DNA of 64,000 nt, from assembly GCA_040377305.1 (NCBI GenBank), contig JBEIPA010000004.1:64001-128000 (forward strand). The letters are read 5' to 3'. This stretch comes from Flavobacteriales bacterium. Its GTDB lineage: Bacteria > Bacteroidota > Bacteroidia > Palsa-965. Positions within the stretch are counted from its first letter, which is position 1. Each line of letters starts with the position of its first letter. Under the pieces are notes generated by a model. It did not search any database, had not been told where the DNA came from, and saw only the letters and a list, made by a program, of their open reading frames with translations. The position numbers and the translations under genes were made by a program. Below are positions 49,050 to 59,790 of the stretch, one piece after another.

Positions 49050-50473
49050 GAATTTTTATCGCATTTCTTTTTTCCAACCTGTTATTCGAGTTTTTACCCG
49101 CTCAACAGACCTATTTTAATAACTACTATGAAGTATCCGGCTATACAAACTATACTTCTAGTGTAATTCAGAAATCGGACAGCGGATATATTTTCATTAA
49201 TACCGATGTGGGGCCTGTATACAAAAGCTTCGGTTTTGTTAATGTGAATAAATTCGGCGACACACTGTACTCTAAAAATTACTACTACCAGTATTTGCTC
49301 TTTTCTAGCGGCGTAACTCATTCTCTAATTCAAACCCAAGATGGAAATTATCTCGTCTCTGGCAGTGTGATGGATACCTCAAATACCAGACAAGGATGGT
49401 TAGCGAAGTTTGATCCCAATGGAGATACTTTATGGACAAGGTATTATGGCGGAGTTGCCAATGATTACATAAATTCCCTTTATGAAGACGCGCAGGGAGA
49501 TGTGTGGGGATGTGGATCAACATCGAGCTGGGGAAATGGACTCAGTGATTTTTGGTTAGTTCATTTTGATGCAAATGGCCTCGCAATATGGGATACGACT
49601 TTTGGTACCAACCAAAGTGAAGGCTGTGTTAGTGGTGAACTCACTGATGATGGTGGAATAATTATGGCTGGTAGGACTAACGGAAGTCCGTATGTCGTGA
49701 AAGTTGACGCTGCAGGCAACTCAGAATGGCAATTCGCATACCCAAATTATAGTGGATATGGTTACATTTCGACTGCTGCTGATTCAGGTTACATTGTCGG
49801 TTGTGGCGAAGTAATTTCTGCCGCTGAAGCTCAAGCAGCAATATTAAAATTGAATTCCGATGGAACACTTGATTGGGTTAAACATGTTGGATTTGTTGGT
49901 GTTGAAGATATCATCACTACAAAACCTGTTGTTTCAGATAGTAACATTGTAGTGTCAGGTGTAAGTACTACGGCAACATCAGGTTATTATACAGGCTTTT
50001 TGGCTAAAACAGATATTCAAGGATATATGCTTTGGCAGAGAACGTACACGTTAGACAGTATGCACAGCCACCACGTTTACGAATGCTTAGCTACATCCGA
50101 TGGCGGTTATTTACTTGGCGGCTCCACTTTTCAGTCGACTCAAAATGCCTGGCTAGTGAAAGTAGATAGCTTGGGATGCGAAGTTGCCGGATGTGATGCT
50201 GTCGGAATTTCAGAATTGAACGAATCAAATAATGTCTCAGTCTATCCTAATCCCGCTAACAACTTAATCACGATCGAAATAGGGGTTCCCGATTTTACAA
50301 ATTCAACTTTTGAACTTTTTTCGTCAACTGGTCAATTGGTAAAAAGTGAGCTCATCGTGAATGACTTAGTTGTCCAGATTAATGTCGCTGATCTCGAACC
50401 TGGTTTATATTTCTACAGGCTAAGTGATCAGACGGACAAATCCTATCAAGGCTGTGTTCTAATCACCCACTAG
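49046..50473 (+). CDS. T9SS cargo beta-propeller protein, paralogue of the previous gene
   Basis: Same repeats; CTD VYPNPA. Confidence 0.9.
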   Translation: MRIFIAFLFSNLLFEFLPAQQTYFNNYYEVSGYTNYTSSVIQKSDSGYIFINTDVGPVYKSFGFVNVNKFGDTLYSKNYYYQYLLFSSGVTHSLIQTQDGNYLVSGSVMDTSNTRQGWLAKFDPNGDTLWTRYYGGVANDYINSLYEDAQGDVWGCGSTSSWGNGLSDFWLVHFDANGLAIWDTTFGTNQSEGCVSGELTDDGGIIMAGRTNGSPYVVKVDAAGNSEWQFAYPNYSGYGYISTAADSGYIVGCGEVISAAEAQAAILKLNSDGTLDWVKHVGFVGVEDIITTKPVVSDSNIVVSGVSTTATSGYYTGFLAKTDIQGYMLWQRTYTLDSMHSHHVYECLATSDGGYLLGGSTFQSTQNAWLVKVDSLGCEVAGCDAVGISELNESNNVSVYPNPANNLITIEIGVPDFTNSTFELFSSTGQLVKSELIVNDLVVQINVADLEPGLYFYRLSDQTDKSYQGCVLITH

Positions 50474-50514
50474 CCACACACAAGCACTTTTTCAGTAGCT
50501 TCACTCCGCTGATT

Positions 50515-52410
50515 ATGCGGAAGTATTTCCTGTTTCTGTTCACCCTGCTTTCCCTGAATGCAAGCTCGCAATCAGCTGCCGATTATATCAAACAATCGGA
50601 TGCAATCTATTCTGCAAATCCGGACTCTTCGCTGGTGTTGTGCGAAAAGGCATTGGAAATAGCGAACGCTAAGGGTGATTCTGCAAACATCGCTTACGCA
50701 AAAGCGAAATGTTCCCGCTATCACATTCTGAAGTCGGATTTTGAGAATGCAACTGCCTGCCTGAATGCCGCTATTGAAATTCAGCAGCGTCACGACTACA
50801 AAAGCGGACTCGCCTACTCGTATAAGCTTAAAGCAATCATGCAGAAGCGAATCGGCAATACGGCTGATGCGCTTCGCCTCCAACAAGAGGCTGTTGAGCT
50901 TTACAGAGAAGATGGCGACATCTACGGCATGTGCTCTGTACTGATCAATCTTACCCTCGATTACATTGAAGGAAAACAATTTGATCTCGCTGAAGCGGCA
51001 CTGGATACAATCGCGGCGCACCCGGAAGGTCTTTTAGAATCGGCTTCGTATTTCTATTGGCAGAATCGGGGTTCATTACAGGCCGCACGCGAAGATTTCT
51101 CCGGCGCCTTGGTTTTTTATGACTCGGCAAAAGTGATTGCGCTGAAGTACGATCTGGTGGATAGCTATGTGACGTTGCTATCACTCATTGGAACTGCACA
51201 CATAAAACTCGGCAAACTCGACGCTGCTGAAATCGCATTGCTGGAAAGCTGCGAACTGGCGCGCGAAAACAATCTCGATCACGAATTGAATGAATCGCTT
51301 ACAGTGCTCGCACAACTCTACGTTTCCAGGGGCGATTTCAAAAATGCGTACCTCGCCAACAAAGAACAAACCGATCTCGCCACGAAAATTTACAACATCG
51401 ATCGTATCAACAAGATCAATGAGCTGGAGAAAAAGCTGGAACTCGCCGAGAAAGAAAAAACCATCGCAGAACAGAACATCACAATCGCTGAAGAAGAAGC
51501 GCAGAAGAAAGAACTCGAACAACGGAATTTTCTCCTGGGCATTGTTGTCGGCGCTGTAGCGCTTATAGCCGGACTGCTCACTTTCCTGTTCGTTCGCACA
51601 CGCATGCTCAATACGAGAATCGCGAAACAGAATGTGCTCATCGAAGACGCGTACTCCAAAATCCGCGACAGCATAACGTATAGTCGCAAGATTCAAACCG
51701 CTATGTTGCCGACGAATGAAACGATCTCCTCTTACCTTCCGAAGTCCTTTGTGTTGTACGAACCACGTGATATTGTAAGCGGAGATTTCTACTGGTTCGA
51801 CAAGCGCGCAGAAGAAATTCTCTTTGCGGCTGCCGATTGTACGGGACATGGCGTTCCCGGTGCTTTCCTCAGCATTGTTGGATATAATCACATTCACCAG
51901 GCCGTGAATATTTACAACATCACTTCACCGGAGAAAATTCTCGATCGGGTGCGTGAAGATGTTTCTGAAACACTGAAACAGTACGACGACAATGCTGCAA
52001 ACGATGGAATGGACGTTTCGATTTGCGCGGTGAATCGCTCAACGAATGTTTTGAAATTCGCCGGAGCTAATCATGCTGCATGGATTCTTCGCGGTGAAAC
52101 AATTCACGAACTGAGGGGCGATAATCAGCCCATCGGTGCGTACCCCGGACAAGAAATTCTCCCGTACAAGCTGCAGGAATTTCAGCTGGAGAAAAAAGAT
52201 CGCATCTATTTGTTCAGCGATGGTTATACGGATCAGTTCGGCGGAGAGAAGGGCGGAAAGTTCAAGAGCAAACAGCTCAAAGAGATTTTGATTGCATCAC
52301 GCACCGAATCTCTTCCGCAGCAGAAAGAATCTCTCCTCCAAACACTTCGTAAGTGGCAAGGATCGTATGAACAGATTGATGATGTGCTGGTGATCGGAAT
52401 CGAAATCTGA
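50515..52410 (+). CDS. TPR + TM + SpoIIE/PP2C phosphatase
   Basis: PRDIVSGDFYW, AADCTGHGVPGA, DGMD, FSDGYTDQFGG, QIDDVLVIG. Confidence 0.93.
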   Translation: MRKYFLFLFTLLSLNASSQSAADYIKQSDAIYSANPDSSLVLCEKALEIANAKGDSANIAYAKAKCSRYHILKSDFENATACLNAAIEIQQRHDYKSGLAYSYKLKAIMQKRIGNTADALRLQQEAVELYREDGDIYGMCSVLINLTLDYIEGKQFDLAEAALDTIAAHPEGLLESASYFYWQNRGSLQAAREDFSGALVFYDSAKVIALKYDLVDSYVTLLSLIGTAHIKLGKLDAAEIALLESCELARENNLDHELNESLTVLAQLYVSRGDFKNAYLANKEQTDLATKIYNIDRINKINELEKKLELAEKEKTIAEQNITIAEEEAQKKELEQRNFLLGIVVGAVALIAGLLTFLFVRTRMLNTRIAKQNVLIEDAYSKIRDSITYSRKIQTAMLPTNETISSYLPKSFVLYEPRDIVSGDFYWFDKRAEEILFAAADCTGHGVPGAFLSIVGYNHIHQAVNIYNITSPEKILDRVREDVSETLKQYDDNAANDGMDVSICAVNRSTNVLKFAGANHAAWILRGETIHELRGDNQPIGAYPGQEILPYKLQEFQLEKKDRIYLFSDGYTDQFGGEKGGKFKSKQLKEILIASRTESLPQQKESLLQTLRKWQGSYEQIDDVLVIGIEI

Positions 52411-53346
52411 TTACCGCATTTTCGCGAAAACAAAATTCCCGCCTTCATCGCCCATCACACGCAAGTGACCGTAACGCGGAACTTGTCCGCAGGCTTCATA
52501 CACTTGTGGCAATACATGCCCGGCCATCATGTCCATTGTGAATGCCGCGTTCGCTCCGGAAAGAAATTCATTCACGTAATATGCAAACGGACTGTGCTCT
52601 CCGTCTCCATCTGTTACAGTCGACAATCGTCCGGAAACAAATGCCTCACGCGATGGCGTTTGATTAAGAATGTCCAGATAACTCATTTGCTGATCGGGTG
52701 TGAACCCGCGGATATGAACTCCGGATGAATCGTGATCTTCCTGGATTGCATTCGAAGAGGCGCGTGCTGCACTGTCGCTGAGGTAAACCGCGCGACGATC
52801 ATCGAATATGCTGGAGCTGTAACAGGCGTCAATGAACATCACAACATGCAATGCAGAATTTGTTGCAAGTCCGTGCGACCGAAGTTGCTCACAGGAAATA
52901 AACGAAGACGTTTTTGATCCTCCATCACTCGGAATCCAAAAACCCATATCTGTTTTTTCGCTGTAGTAACCGTGACCTGCGAAGTAAATGATCAGATTGT
53001 CTTTCTCCTTCATCGAGCGCGCAAGGAAAAGCAAAGTATCCAGAATATTTTTGCGCGTTGCTATGGAGTCCGACAAGATGATGCTGTTCTTTCTCCCGAA
53101 ATGATATTCGGTCTGCAGCTCAGTGCAAATGGAAATCATATCACCATTCGCGTTTTTCAGATCCTTCCACACAGCGTTTGAATCGTAATTGGAAATACCG
53201 ATTCCGAACAACCAGTTTCTTCCCGGTGATTCGCTGATCCAGCTACCGTCATTCAACTTCGCATTCTCGCGCGCATCACACATGTTCGTGTACGCGTAGA
53301 CAAACAAGATGAGGATAGCGGCTAATGCAAGACGTGATATTCGCAT
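52411..53346 (-). CDS. Exported caspase-family (peptidase C14) protein
   Basis: YFAGHG and IDACYS catalytic dyad; N-terminal hydrophobic signal. Confidence 0.9.
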   Translation of the reverse strand: MRISRLALAAILILFVYAYTNMCDARENAKLNDGSWISESPGRNWLFGIGISNYDSNAVWKDLKNANGDMISICTELQTEYHFGRKNSIILSDSIATRKNILDTLLFLARSMKEKDNLIIYFAGHGYYSEKTDMGFWIPSDGGSKTSSFISCEQLRSHGLATNSALHVVMFIDACYSSSIFDDRRAVYLSDSAARASSNAIQEDHDSSGVHIRGFTPDQQMSYLDILNQTPSREAFVSGRLSTVTDGDGEHSPFAYYVNEFLSGANAAFTMDMMAGHVLPQVYEACGQVPRYGHLRVMGDEGGNFVFAKMR

Positions 53347-53474
53347 TTCATTTTCTCTTTCAACTATGGTTTTAAATCGCTTCAGCGATCGCACCGTGTC
53401 TCATTGGGCCATGGGCATTAGCACCCAACGCCTCCGGTTCTCCGCGTCGCCGTGTAAAGCGCCGCAGGCAACCT

Positions 53475-55754
53475 CTACTTTCTCTCTTTCGGATCGGCGC
53501 TCAGCACCTGCAGCTTTCTCACGCACCACATTTCACTCGTGACCGCTGGAGGATCTTCTGTAAAGCTTCTTGTCTTCGAACCATAGTTGCGCATCATGTT
53601 TGTAAGCGGACTCGAACTAGTCTTCGCAGGTCCACGCTCTAACACACCATCTGACCGGAAAATATCTGCCGGCAGTGGCGTTTCCGATGCAACCATGAAG
53701 TAGGTATCATATCCGTAAGGTTTTGAAACATTGAATCCGAGCTTTTCTCCTCCCGGAGTTTTCTCCAATGGAATCATGCGCTGACTCTGCCACTTGCCGC
53801 GATATTCTATTTTGTTTCCGTCGCCCAATTCCGGACGAGGATATAAGAGCGCCATCTTTCCGTTTGCGTCTACACCAAATACGTTGATGTAACGTGAACA
53901 ATAGAACGGCTTGAAGTTTACGGTGTCAAGCACGAGTACAAGTTCGAGACGATCGCCGCCGTAAACTGTTTCGCCGGGAGCAACAACACCACCATCCTTG
54001 CGCTTCAATCCGAGATAATATGGAAACTCATCTGGCGGAGATGCAAGATTCATCCACGCATTTAATTTTCCGAGACGGATTGCATAGTTGGCTACGGAGT
54101 CTGCGCCTTTCGCTGCCTGGTCGCCACCAATCCACGAAGAACGTAAAGGCAATCCTAGATTCGATGCGGTATCTGTCTTCGAAAGGTTCGGACGGATAAG
54201 CGCGTACTCTAATCTCCCATTGCTTCTTCCTGCGATGATATAATTTGCCGACATAGGATCGCTTGTGAAATCAATTGCAGAGTTGTCGGTGCCTGCACCA
54301 ATCTTCGTATGAAGTGCAGCATCAAATTCTTTTGTTGGTGGTAGTTGAAGTGAAACAGTTGCGCCCTTACGGATATTTTTCTTCAGCTCTTTGTCTGTGA
54401 GTGAAGCAAGCGTGGTGATCTTGTCTTTGCCCGCTTGTGAAATCATCCAGTGATTGATGTGATACTGAATCACGTATTCAGGAACCGCTTCGGTCTGATC
54501 TTTTACCTGAACACAATGTCCGGATGCGAATAGCGCCTGCACCGGTGCGATTGCTGCGAGCAGTTCCGTTGCAGACATGGTTGCTGCCGGTGCCCACAAT
54601 AAAAGTGTTGGACGATCGGGAGTAACCCAGTTGAGCATTTCTACAATGTCTCCGGGTTGAAACGACTTAACGTCACCGCTCACCACATTTGCAATGCTTG
54701 TTCCGATACCGGCAACTGAAATTACTTCGAGCGTATCTTTTCCGTCTGGTCGCGCGAAACGACATCCCGGATAAATAGAAAGCTCGAATCCTCCGCGAAG
54801 GCGAACGTGTCCATCAACAATTTCCTGAACGCCAACTACAGTTTTCGTTTTTGCGTCGGAAACAGGTTGACCAAACAGTGTTGCGTTCTTTCTCGTGTCA
54901 TTCGCTCCCAGCACCGGATCCTGAAACTTTGGTCCTCCATCCGATTTCAGATTCGCAACAATACGAGTGAAAATCATTTGTGCGCTCTCATTTGAAGTTG
55001 AGCTGTTGATTGCGCGTATGAATGCTAACGTAAATGCACCGTGTGAAATTCCATCAGCGTCTACAGCTTCTTTCGCTGTCTGATCACGTTGCGCAGCGCT
55101 GAACACCAGTGCACCACGCTCTTCAATGTTTGGAGATTTGCTGTCGTCGTTCGCGTCGAAGTTCAGTGGTGGCGCCTGGCGAGCGATGTATTGAACGGGC
55201 AAACTGTTCCCGCGCGCAATTCCTCCGCTGTGACAACAATCGTAGATCAATGTAAGTGTCACTCCTTTATCGAGAAACTGATTGAACAGCGGCGCGAGTT
55301 CTTTGTTGCGAATGTCCCACAAATCAGAAGGCACCATGGTTTGATCCTGTCCGGTGCCATCGTACGAGCGACTGTTTTTCACTTGAGATCCGTGTCCTGC
55401 GTAATAAATTAAAACAACATCACCAGCTGCCGGCTGGCATTTGCTGATCATGTTGTTGATTGCATTCAGAATGGACTCATGTGTTGCCTGACGGTTCATG
55501 AGTGTATCTATATTCTCATTCATGAAACCATACCGCGCCATGATGAGTTGCTTCACCGAACGCGCATCGTTTACACAGCCCGATAGATTTTGCCATCCCG
55601 CACGCTCTGCAGTGCCTCGTTGTGCGAACGCAGCCGGAGTTTGTTTGGTTTCTTCGTACGTGTCTATGCCGATAATGAGCGCACGTTTAACTCCGGCGTT
55701 AAGTGTTGTGACCGCGAGTAAGAGAATCAGGGAACTGACGAGATACTTTTTCAT
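53475..55754 (-). CDS. Exported caspase-family protein with a C-terminal DUF4384-like domain
   Basis: KRALIIGID, LSGCVNDA, YYAGHGSQ, YDCCHSG. Confidence 0.9.
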   Translation of the reverse strand: MKKYLVSSLILLLAVTTLNAGVKRALIIGIDTYEETKQTPAAFAQRGTAERAGWQNLSGCVNDARSVKQLIMARYGFMNENIDTLMNRQATHESILNAINNMISKCQPAAGDVVLIYYAGHGSQVKNSRSYDGTGQDQTMVPSDLWDIRNKELAPLFNQFLDKGVTLTLIYDCCHSGGIARGNSLPVQYIARQAPPLNFDANDDSKSPNIEERGALVFSAAQRDQTAKEAVDADGISHGAFTLAFIRAINSSTSNESAQMIFTRIVANLKSDGGPKFQDPVLGANDTRKNATLFGQPVSDAKTKTVVGVQEIVDGHVRLRGGFELSIYPGCRFARPDGKDTLEVISVAGIGTSIANVVSGDVKSFQPGDIVEMLNWVTPDRPTLLLWAPAATMSATELLAAIAPVQALFASGHCVQVKDQTEAVPEYVIQYHINHWMISQAGKDKITTLASLTDKELKKNIRKGATVSLQLPPTKEFDAALHTKIGAGTDNSAIDFTSDPMSANYIIAGRSNGRLEYALIRPNLSKTDTASNLGLPLRSSWIGGDQAAKGADSVANYAIRLGKLNAWMNLASPPDEFPYYLGLKRKDGGVVAPGETVYGGDRLELVLVLDTVNFKPFYCSRYINVFGVDANGKMALLYPRPELGDGNKIEYRGKWQSQRMIPLEKTPGGEKLGFNVSKPYGYDTYFMVASETPLPADIFRSDGVLERGPAKTSSSPLTNMMRNYGSKTRSFTEDPPAVTSEMWCVRKLQVLSADPKERK

Positions 55755-55854
55755 GTTGGGATATGCTGTTGTGAGTATTACAAATTTACGTGTTTGCAAT
55801 TCTTGTTCCGCAGTTGCGATTCACAATCACACTTAAGTGGTAGTGTTTAAAACA

Positions 55855-55890
55855 GAAGATTCGAATACTCTTTCGAATATTCGAATCTTC
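55855..55890. terminator. Hairpin between the small protein and caspase genes
   Basis: GAAGATTCGAATA / TATTCGAATCTTC. Confidence 0.55.
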
Positions 55891-55931
55891 AAATCGGAGG
55901 TGTTAGGATTATATCCTGACACTAGGCATTT

Positions 55932-56351
55932 TTACTCGCGGAGGTTAACCCACCAATCAGAGTAGCAGTCTCCGCTGTTCTCCCAGTAGAAAGATCCACC
56001 TGAAGTTTCAGCATACCAGCTTGTCCAGCCACCGTATACCCATACTTCGCCAGTTCCCCAAGGCTCAACATAGCCTTTGAAGTTACCGTCAACGTAGATC
56101 TTAACCCAGTATCCAGTGTAGTTGTCAAAAGTAAGGTGACACTCACTTGCAGATCCGCGCTCAGCTGGCTTAGGTGCCGCAACGTCTGTAGTAGGAACAT
56201 CAGTCTTAACTTTGTCCTTACCGCGTGCAGCTCCGCCGGCCATTTTAGTTGCTTTAACGTCTTTTACAACGTGTTCCTTCTTTCCAGATTGCGCATTTGC
56301 AACTCCGAAAGACAGTACTGCGATAAGCAGCATAAAAAGATGTTTTCTCAT
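55932..56351 (-). CDS. Small secreted protein: basic pro-region + Trp/Cys-rich beta domain
   Basis: Signal peptide; ..AERG-SASECHLTFDNYTGYWVKIYVDG. Confidence 0.8.
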   Translation of the reverse strand: MRKHLFMLLIAVLSFGVANAQSGKKEHVVKDVKATKMAGGAARGKDKVKTDVPTTDVAAPKPAERGSASECHLTFDNYTGYWVKIYVDGNFKGYVEPWGTGEVWVYGGWTSWYAETSGGSFYWENSGDCYSDWWVNLRE

Positions 56352-56634
56352 AGTAGTTAGTTGGTTTGGTTATGATGTTACAACGCAAATATATATGTTT
56401 AGATTCGTCAGTCGGTATGCCAATTGTCATTTTCACACCTAAGTAGTAATACATTTACTGGGCGGTAACAATCTGGAATATTTGAATGCGCGTATTCTTA
56501 TATAAATCAGCACCATTCGGCGCACAAAGTCACGTATACGTATAAATACGTATTCTCTTTTTTGCATCTGCGGAATGCTTTTTGTGACATTGATTTGATT
56601 AATTTTATGTTCCACAAAAAAACCTAACCAACTC

Positions 56635-58422
56635 ATGTTTCTCTCTTTCAGAAATATTATTCTTCTGCTTGCCGGATTATTCCTGCAGGGAAGTGTGGTG
56701 GCTCAAGGGGAGGGCGATTCGAAAGTGTTCTTTCTTGGAATCGGAATTGAAAAGTGCCTGAACGGCACACCAGGGAAGTCAAATGCAGTTGCCGATGTGC
56801 AGCTCGTTCTGAATCGCACCAAAAAAGACGCACAAAGCGGAGATGTAAACTTCAATCACGACGGCTCTTCGTTGATGGTAAGCAAGGCGGTTTGCTATAC
56901 CTTGTTTAACGATCAGGCTACGCTCCGAAATATCGATTCATTGGTCAATGTAATCAAGCTCACTGCCCGACCACAAGATGTTTTCTATTTGTATATCAGT
57001 GCGCAAACCACGGGACTTAATGGCAGTTTCACGATCCCGGCCGATCCCGCAAGTGCGAAAAAAGGTAAGACAGTTGCGCCTCAGCGAATTGTTCTCGAGT
57101 CTTCTCACCTCAAAGAATTATGCGAATCGGTACAATGTGAAAGTCAGATTCTCGTAGCCGATGCTGTTACCTGGCAGGAAAATCACGACGTGCTGCTAAC
57201 TGCACTTCTGGCTCCTGCTGCCAAAGGAAAAAATCAGATTATTGTGGCTCCATTTACTGAATCAACAGATTCATTTCTTGTTGCAGGGAAATACGTGAGC
57301 GCCTTCGCCGGATCAATCTACAATGCGGGACAATCGCTCCTGCGACTACTCGTTAAGAACGGAACCGTTACGGAGAAAGTAAAAACTTCAATGAACAATG
57401 CATACAATGCATTGACGGGGAGCGATGACATGATCGCGGCGGTTTATGAGTCCTGGAAATTAGTGGAAGGATCTGTTGGGCCGTCGATTGCGAAAGTGAC
57501 GCCTGCCGATCAAACCAAAGTTGCAGCACAGCCAGCACCGACCACTCCAAATCTTGGTCGTGGCTTCGAAGAAGATCAGCCTGCTCCGGTTGGACAACAG
57601 TATTCGTTGAAGGACACAAAACATTTTGCGCTCATTGTTGCAAACTGGCAGTATAATGATCCAGATTGGCAGGACCTGAATAATCCGATTAACGATGCGC
57701 TTGCCTTAAAAGCTGAACTTGAAACGTACTACGGATTTGAAGTGAAACTCTGTACAAACCTCACGAAAGAGGGAATGGAAACAGAGATTATCAGCTTACA
57801 CAAACGCAATCTTGGTCCTAACAGCCAGGTACTATTTTACTTCGCCGGACATGGTGGGTACCAGCAGCTTGGTGCAAACGCAGGTACCGGTTACCTCGTG
57901 CCTGTTGATGGAAAATCACAGCGCCTCGACTCAACCATGAGCAGCTATTACAGTTATGATGTTCTGAAAGCGAGACTGCTCTCACTTCCTTCACAACACG
58001 TGCTGGCAATGATCGATGCTTGTTATTCCGGCTCGGCAGATCCTAGTGTGTTTAACAAGAAAGACGGAGCTGCGGGAAATGAACTGGCGCAAGCGGGTAC
58101 AGAACTCAAACGCGGAACCGTAACAGCGCAGATGAATGAATGCATGCTGAAGCGGTCGCGGTATTTTATTTGCTCGGGCAAGCTGGAAGAAGTGAAAGAT
58201 GGTGTGAAGGGTGGTTTGTCCCCCTTCGCTAAAGTGATCACAGATCGTCTTGCGCTTATGAGAAAACGTGATCTCAACGATCAGGAAATAGTATTCGGCG
58301 CTGAACTTGAGATTGCACTCTCTAAAACGAAAGAGATTAATTCCTACGCTTTCTCATTTGGAAATAGCAATGAATCGACATCCAGCTTCATGTTTGTTCC
58401 TCCTGCGCATCGCATCAAATAG
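56635..58422 (+). CDS. Exported protein with a degenerate N-terminal and intact C-terminal caspase domain
   Basis: N-half FYLYISAQ/VADAV lacks His/Cys; C-half YFAGHG, IDACYSG. Confidence 0.85.
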   Translation: MFLSFRNIILLLAGLFLQGSVVAQGEGDSKVFFLGIGIEKCLNGTPGKSNAVADVQLVLNRTKKDAQSGDVNFNHDGSSLMVSKAVCYTLFNDQATLRNIDSLVNVIKLTARPQDVFYLYISAQTTGLNGSFTIPADPASAKKGKTVAPQRIVLESSHLKELCESVQCESQILVADAVTWQENHDVLLTALLAPAAKGKNQIIVAPFTESTDSFLVAGKYVSAFAGSIYNAGQSLLRLLVKNGTVTEKVKTSMNNAYNALTGSDDMIAAVYESWKLVEGSVGPSIAKVTPADQTKVAAQPAPTTPNLGRGFEEDQPAPVGQQYSLKDTKHFALIVANWQYNDPDWQDLNNPINDALALKAELETYYGFEVKLCTNLTKEGMETEIISLHKRNLGPNSQVLFYFAGHGGYQQLGANAGTGYLVPVDGKSQRLDSTMSSYYSYDVLKARLLSLPSQHVLAMIDACYSGSADPSVFNKKDGAAGNELAQAGTELKRGTVTAQMNECMLKRSRYFICSGKLEEVKDGVKGGLSPFAKVITDRLALMRKRDLNDQEIVFGAELEIALSKTKEINSYAFSFGNSNESTSSFMFVPPAHRIK

Positions 58423-58428
58423 CTTATC

Positions 58429-58764
58429 GTGCTGATCATTACTGACGAAGCGGAATCATTCTCTATTCTCGAATCTTTCGCCGCTGCTGAATTTGACTAC
58501 TCCGTACAGCACGCGAAATTTTTCCGCTCACCGGAAAAAGTCGTTTTCTTTTTGTTTTGTCCCGACGGTATAATGAAAGGTGCGCGTGTTTTCGTATTCG
58601 ACAATCCTCCAATTGCCGGAGAAATCGAGACTGATTTGCTCAAAATCATAATGTCGTTTAATGGAGATAAACACGCCGATCTGCTTCGTGAGCATGCATC
58701 GGAAGTGATTCGCGAACATCTCGAAACTAAAGGAGCTGACCACTACTTCTTCGACGCACATTAA
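58429..58764 (+). CDS. Hypothetical protein
   Basis: 111 aa, GTG start 6 bp after the caspase gene. Confidence 0.55.
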   Translation: MLIITDEAESFSILESFAAAEFDYSVQHAKFFRSPEKVVFFLFCPDGIMKGARVFVFDNPPIAGEIETDLLKIIMSFNGDKHADLLREHASEVIREHLETKGADHYFFDAH

Positions 58765-58904
58765 TTTTACTTTCTCCGTGACCATCGGTTGAGTTAAAGA
58801 TGGGGACACCTGAATTTCGTCGTAGTTGTCGCATAAGGCGACCAGAAGCATCGTGTTGACTTCCTGAGCCGATTAGGTTAGCTTTACTAAACAAAACCTA
58901 TCTC

Positions 58905-59726
58905 ATGAGAAAACTCTACTTCTTCATTCTTGCATTCTTCCTCTCGGTATCTGTTTCTTCACAAACTTTCTGCGATCCGCAAGGAAACGTAGTGCTGTTT
59001 TCGAATTACGATGGCGGCCCGCTTGTCATTAATTGTGATGTGAATATTCCCAACCTGAAAATCGGTGTGGTGAGCTATGAATTTTCCCGCATAGAAATTA
59101 TCGGACCGTACGCTTCTAACGTCACGCAACTCTGGTGGGCTGGCTACAATGGAAGTAATGACCACTGCAACCTCGGCGCGCCGTTGTACACCACAATTTC
59201 AGGTGTAGCAAATCCGGTCGACTCTATCCTCATTTATCCTGCAGCAACTTATTCCAATCCGAATGGTTACGGTTCTATCATTTGCAACTACTCTTGCACG
59301 ACCACCACCAACCAGGGCGGCTGTAACACCGCTGATCAGATTGCGCATTATTTCATTACCAATTTTGCGGGCTCGTTGCGTTCACACAGTACAGGCTACG
59401 GATGCTGGCCTGACACGATGGATATTTCCTATGGCGGAAATTGTTGTGCGAATCCATTGACTACGATTGCAGAAACAAACACCGCGCTGTTTTCCATCGC
59501 ACCGAACCCTGCAAGCAACGAAGTGAACATCACCATGCCTTCTTCTCCGGATGTGCGCACAATTCAGATCACTAATATGCTTGGAGAAACAGTAAGCGAA
59601 ATTCAGATTGCCGCAGGAACAACTTCCCAACAAATTCCACTCGAAACTTTTGCCCCGGGAACGTACTTCTTCCGCCTGCAAAACGGAGCACAGATAACCA
59701 CGGAAAAACTTGTTATCATTGATTAG
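58905..59726 (+). CDS. Cys-rich T9SS cargo protein
   Basis: Signal peptide; CTD IAPNPAS..KLVI. Confidence 0.88.
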   Translation: MRKLYFFILAFFLSVSVSSQTFCDPQGNVVLFSNYDGGPLVINCDVNIPNLKIGVVSYEFSRIEIIGPYASNVTQLWWAGYNGSNDHCNLGAPLYTTISGVANPVDSILIYPAATYSNPNGYGSIICNYSCTTTTNQGGCNTADQIAHYFITNFAGSLRSHSTGYGCWPDTMDISYGGNCCANPLTTIAETNTALFSIAPNPASNEVNITMPSSPDVRTIQITNMLGETVSEIQIAAGTTSQQIPLETFAPGTYFFRLQNGAQITTEKLVIID

Positions 59727-59730
59727 AAAT

Positions 59731-59778
59731 AAAAGTGCCGGATGATTCCGATAGCTATCGGGACACCCGGCACTTTTT
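59731..59778. terminator. Bidirectional terminator containing a CCGATAGCTATCGG palindrome
   Basis: AAAAGTGCCGG...CCGGCACTTTT. Confidence 0.8.
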
Positions 59779-59790
59779 CAATTTGCAGAT

